Assembly: GCA_016840035.1 (NCBI GenBank)
Contig: JAEOTC010000091.1
Location: forward strand, 1-20,315
Length of the DNA: 20,315 bases
Direction: 5' to 3'
Source: Candidatus Hodarchaeota archaeon
Lineage (GTDB): Archaea > Asgardarchaeota > Heimdallarchaeia > Hodarchaeales > Hodarchaeaceae
Notes under the pieces: generated by a model
What the model was told of the DNA's origin: nothing
Databases searched by the model: none
What the model saw: the letters and a program-made list of their open reading frames with translations, nothing else
Shown: positions 17,963-20,315 of the stretch, piece by piece
Numbering within the stretch: the first letter of the stretch is position 1
Layout of the letters: every line of letters starts with the position of its first letter
Translations under genes and position numbers: made by a program

Positions 17963-19084
17963 CTAATTTTTTTCTAAGACTATTCTGACTATGTCTGCAT
18001 CTTGTAAAATGTGCCTTAAGCCTACTTTTTGGCCAGGGAACTTCGCTGACCTTCCCCAGACATTAGCAAAACGAAAATCATTCTTAAACCGACGATGAAG
18101 CTTCATACATATATCTTCGACGGTGGAATTTCTTGAAACAATCATTGGATCATCTAGATCGGCTTTTTCACCTGGTTTACGAAGATATACTCGCATAAGT
18201 CCAACTTTCTCAACAATAGTCTCCTTTAACTCGTCTAATCCTTCTCCTAATTCAGCTGAAATTGGGACGATTTTTCTACCAATTTGTTTTTCAAGACGAG
18301 GTAATTCTTCTTCACTTACCAAATCCATTTTGTTAACTACTATCAATGAGGGAATATATCGTCGATTATCAGCTACAACATCAATAATTTGATCAATTGT
18401 CAGATTAGGATCATTTGGAAGGTACACATCAGCATTCAGAATACGATAGGTACGAAATATATTAGCAATTTCCTCATCGGATAACCCATATCTGAATCCA
18501 GAAATATTTATACCTCCAAAATTGCGCTTAATAACCTTAATTCGAGAAGCTTTTTGATCTAGTCGAATATTTGCTTTCCATAACTCATCCAAAATCTTAG
18601 TAAGATGATCAGGACGTCGAACGTCCAATAAAATTACGATAAGATTAGCATTTCTAACTGCAGCGAATACTTCACGACCTCGTCCTTTTCCTGATGCTCC
18701 ACCTTCAATAATTCCTGGTAAATCGATAATTTGAATTCGGGCGCCTTTGAATTTTCCATCATATTCCATCATCCCAGGAATAGCATCAAGGGTTGTAAAA
18801 TCATATGCTGCGATCTTGCTTTCTTTATTAGTGATTGCACTGAGCAAAGTAGACTTTCCTACTGATGGGAAACCGAGGAGGATGACTGTGGCATCTCCAT
18901 GTTTTCTAATTGAAAATCCTGAGCCTTTTCTTTTTGATTTCATCGCTCGATCGACGAGTTCGGATCGAAGTTGAGCAATTTGAGCTTTAAGTGTTCCAAA
19001 ATGTGCCTGAGTTGCTTTATTGTATTGCATTTTAGCCAGTTCTGCTTCTTTTTCTGCTATACGCTCTTCAATTTTCTCAGACAT
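17963..19084 (-). CDS. drg: DRG/Rbg family GTPase (OBG superfamily) with C-terminal TGS domain
   Basis: YNKATQAHFGTLKAQIAQL, G1 GFPSVGKST, G2 YDFTTL, G3 DLPGIIEG, G4 NKMD, G5 ISA, TGS VWGRSAKFPGQKVGLRHILQDADIV. Confidence 0.96.
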   Translation of the reverse strand: MSEKIEERIAEKEAELAKMQYNKATQAHFGTLKAQIAQLRSELVDRAMKSKRKGSGFSIRKHGDATVILLGFPSVGKSTLLSAITNKESKIAAYDFTTLDAIPGMMEYDGKFKGARIQIIDLPGIIEGGASGKGRGREVFAAVRNANLIVILLDVRRPDHLTKILDELWKANIRLDQKASRIKVIKRNFGGINISGFRYGLSDEEIANIFRTYRILNADVYLPNDPNLTIDQIIDVVADNRRYIPSLIVVNKMDLVSEEELPRLEKQIGRKIVPISAELGEGLDELKETIVEKVGLMRVYLRKPGEKADLDDPMIVSRNSTVEDICMKLHRRFKNDFRFANVWGRSAKFPGQKVGLRHILQDADIVRIVLEKN

Positions 19085-19271
19085 CAGAAAATCAGCACGA
19101 ATTTACTAAATTAGCTTTATTGGATTGGAAACTTGAGCTAGGAGTGAAATCAATCCAATACTTACCTATCAAGTATTTTTTAGTTGGATTTAATGAAACT
19201 TTCACTAGACTTCAAGATGGTCGTAAAAGAATGAGAAGATAATTTATTGGGTCAGTTCCTTTTTACTTTGG

Positions 19272-19279
19272 ATTTATAA
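19272..19279 (-). promoter_or_regulatory. Putative TATA box for drg
   Basis: Minus strand TTATAAAT, about 190 bp upstream of the ATG. Confidence 0.35.
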
Positions 19280-19364
19280 GGCATGGAAAATGCATCTCCA
19301 TTCTCTCTTTTTTTTTCAAAAACTACGAGGTTGAGGAAAGATGGAGGTGTCCTAAAAAAGGAAA

Positions 19365-19844
19365 TTATCGCATCTCAGCCCATAGGAATTTCTTATTCAC
19401 TTTAGGAGAAAAATCATCTTCTTTATCAGAATGCTTATCCTTTCGGCGTCCGTGTGACCTTGTAGGAGTTCTCCTGTCTTGTGATTTCTGCCTTTTTTCA
19501 CTAATATCATTTTCTTGGTTTATTTTGTCGAATTTGACTTCACTGGATTTAATTTCACCACTACGACCAGAAGATAATTGAGCGTGATTTTGAAATACGT
19601 TTACGTACCCATTCGTCAATTCAAAGTTCTGACCAATCTTAAGTACATCAATTTCTTCATTCCATACAGTCAATTGAATTGTACCAGTATCATCAGCCAC
19701 TTTGAAATTTGCAACATTATGGGTAACATTAGGCCCTTTTTGTATTTTCTTTTTAGAAATTTGTTCAATTACCTGGAACTTCACGTGGATATCTTTATTA
19801 TACGGTTTTAAGTCTTTAATAGAAATTATTGAGCTAGAGTTCAT
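19365..19844 (-). CDS. ssb: Single-OB-fold single-stranded DNA-binding protein (crenarchaeal SSB / hSSB1-like) with basic disordered tail
   Basis: IKDLKP, KVADDTGTIQLTVW, LTNGYVNVF, GRSG motifs; Arg/Lys-rich tail. Start at ATG 19844 or GTG 19853. Confidence 0.88.
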   Translation of the reverse strand: MNSSSIISIKDLKPYNKDIHVKFQVIEQISKKKIQKGPNVTHNVANFKVADDTGTIQLTVWNEEIDVLKIGQNFELTNGYVNVFQNHAQLSSGRSGEIKSSEVKFDKINQENDISEKRQKSQDRRTPTRSHGRRKDKHSDKEDDFSPKVNKKFLWAEMR

Positions 19845-19957
19845 AATTAACACACATTTTTTTTGAAATAGAATCAGATTTATGGAAAAAAAAGCGGAGT
19901 TTATCGATTTTGAAGCCAGATAGATTCTACTTTCAGTAAGAACAATCCTAGTCTAAG

Positions 19958-19966
19958 TTTATATAC
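19958..19966 (-). promoter_or_regulatory. Putative TATA box for ssb
   Basis: Minus strand GTATATAAA, about 115 bp upstream of the ATG and just upstream of a long leader stem. Confidence 0.45.
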
Positions 19967-20279
19967 TTTATGGAAGGAAAATCAGTATTTTTTCACGATT
20001 TCAAAAATTGAGAGCGTCACTTCACTTATCAGGCAATCAATCTTAAAATCGTTGTTCTCCACAGTTTTGTGAAGTTTTCCTCTTAATGAATTATCACATA
20101 ATTAATGTATTAAAGCAAAATTGAAATTGAATTTAATTTAAACAAATTATATGATTAAGGGGTAATATTCGACAATGTCGTAAAAGTGTCCAGTACTTCG
20201 TAACTATGAGAGAGGTTGAACTCAGTGAAATTAAGAAGGAGAAAGATTTAAATGTGGAGAGAAGCTATTAGTAGTTATC

Positions 20280-20315
20280 ATGACCAAAATCAAACTACCT
20301 CGCTTTCCACCACGA
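20280..20315 (+). CDS. Possible start of a gene running off the window (MTKIKLPRFPPR...)
   Basis: ATG with an open frame to the window end, downstream of GGAGAG; only 12 codons visible. Confidence 0.35.
   Translation, partial: MTKIKLPRFPPR

Noticed and set aside
19105-19190. Hammerhead or other known ribozyme
   Set aside because: GAAA motifs are present but there is no CUGAnGA core in the right position on either strand; kept only as a generic structured-RNA candidate.
20085-20150. Short AATTGA/AATTTA repeats and AATTAT/ATAATT dyad
   Set aside because: Extremely AT-rich promoter DNA in which such repeats are expected by chance.

Overview
AT-rich archaeal chromosomal window, most likely from an Asgard archaeon (Heimdallarchaeia/Hodarchaeales-like). 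This is inferred from gelsolin and longin/uDENN-type eukaryotic-signature proteins alongside archaeal SerRS, Cdc48, PAC2, DRG and TATA-type promoters. Left part (1-4311): a co-oriented cluster of a 5'-truncated single-pass membrane protein with a cytoplasmic longin-like domain, a longin + uDENN/NPR2-like coiled-coil protein, and a gelsolin with two canonical domains, a Pro-rich linker and a divergent third gelsolin-like domain. Middle: crotonase-family enzyme, GPH-type MFS symporter, serS, an orphan ORF and a proteostasis cluster (hsp20-cdc48-PAC2) with a palindrome-flanked TATA box and a hairpin around the cdc48 Shine-Dalgarno. Right: an accessory block (GNAT, MBL-fold hydrolase, CsaA/Trbp111-like, orphan histidine kinase, EamA, NUDIX), then a DRG GTPase and an hSSB1-like single-OB SSB. 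Several intergenic regions (upstream of gelsolin, drg and ssb; downstream of serS) show unusually extensive base-pairing potential and are candidate cis-regulatory RNAs. No tRNA, rRNA, CRISPR or mobile element was recognised. All calls are by eye from motifs; no searches were run.
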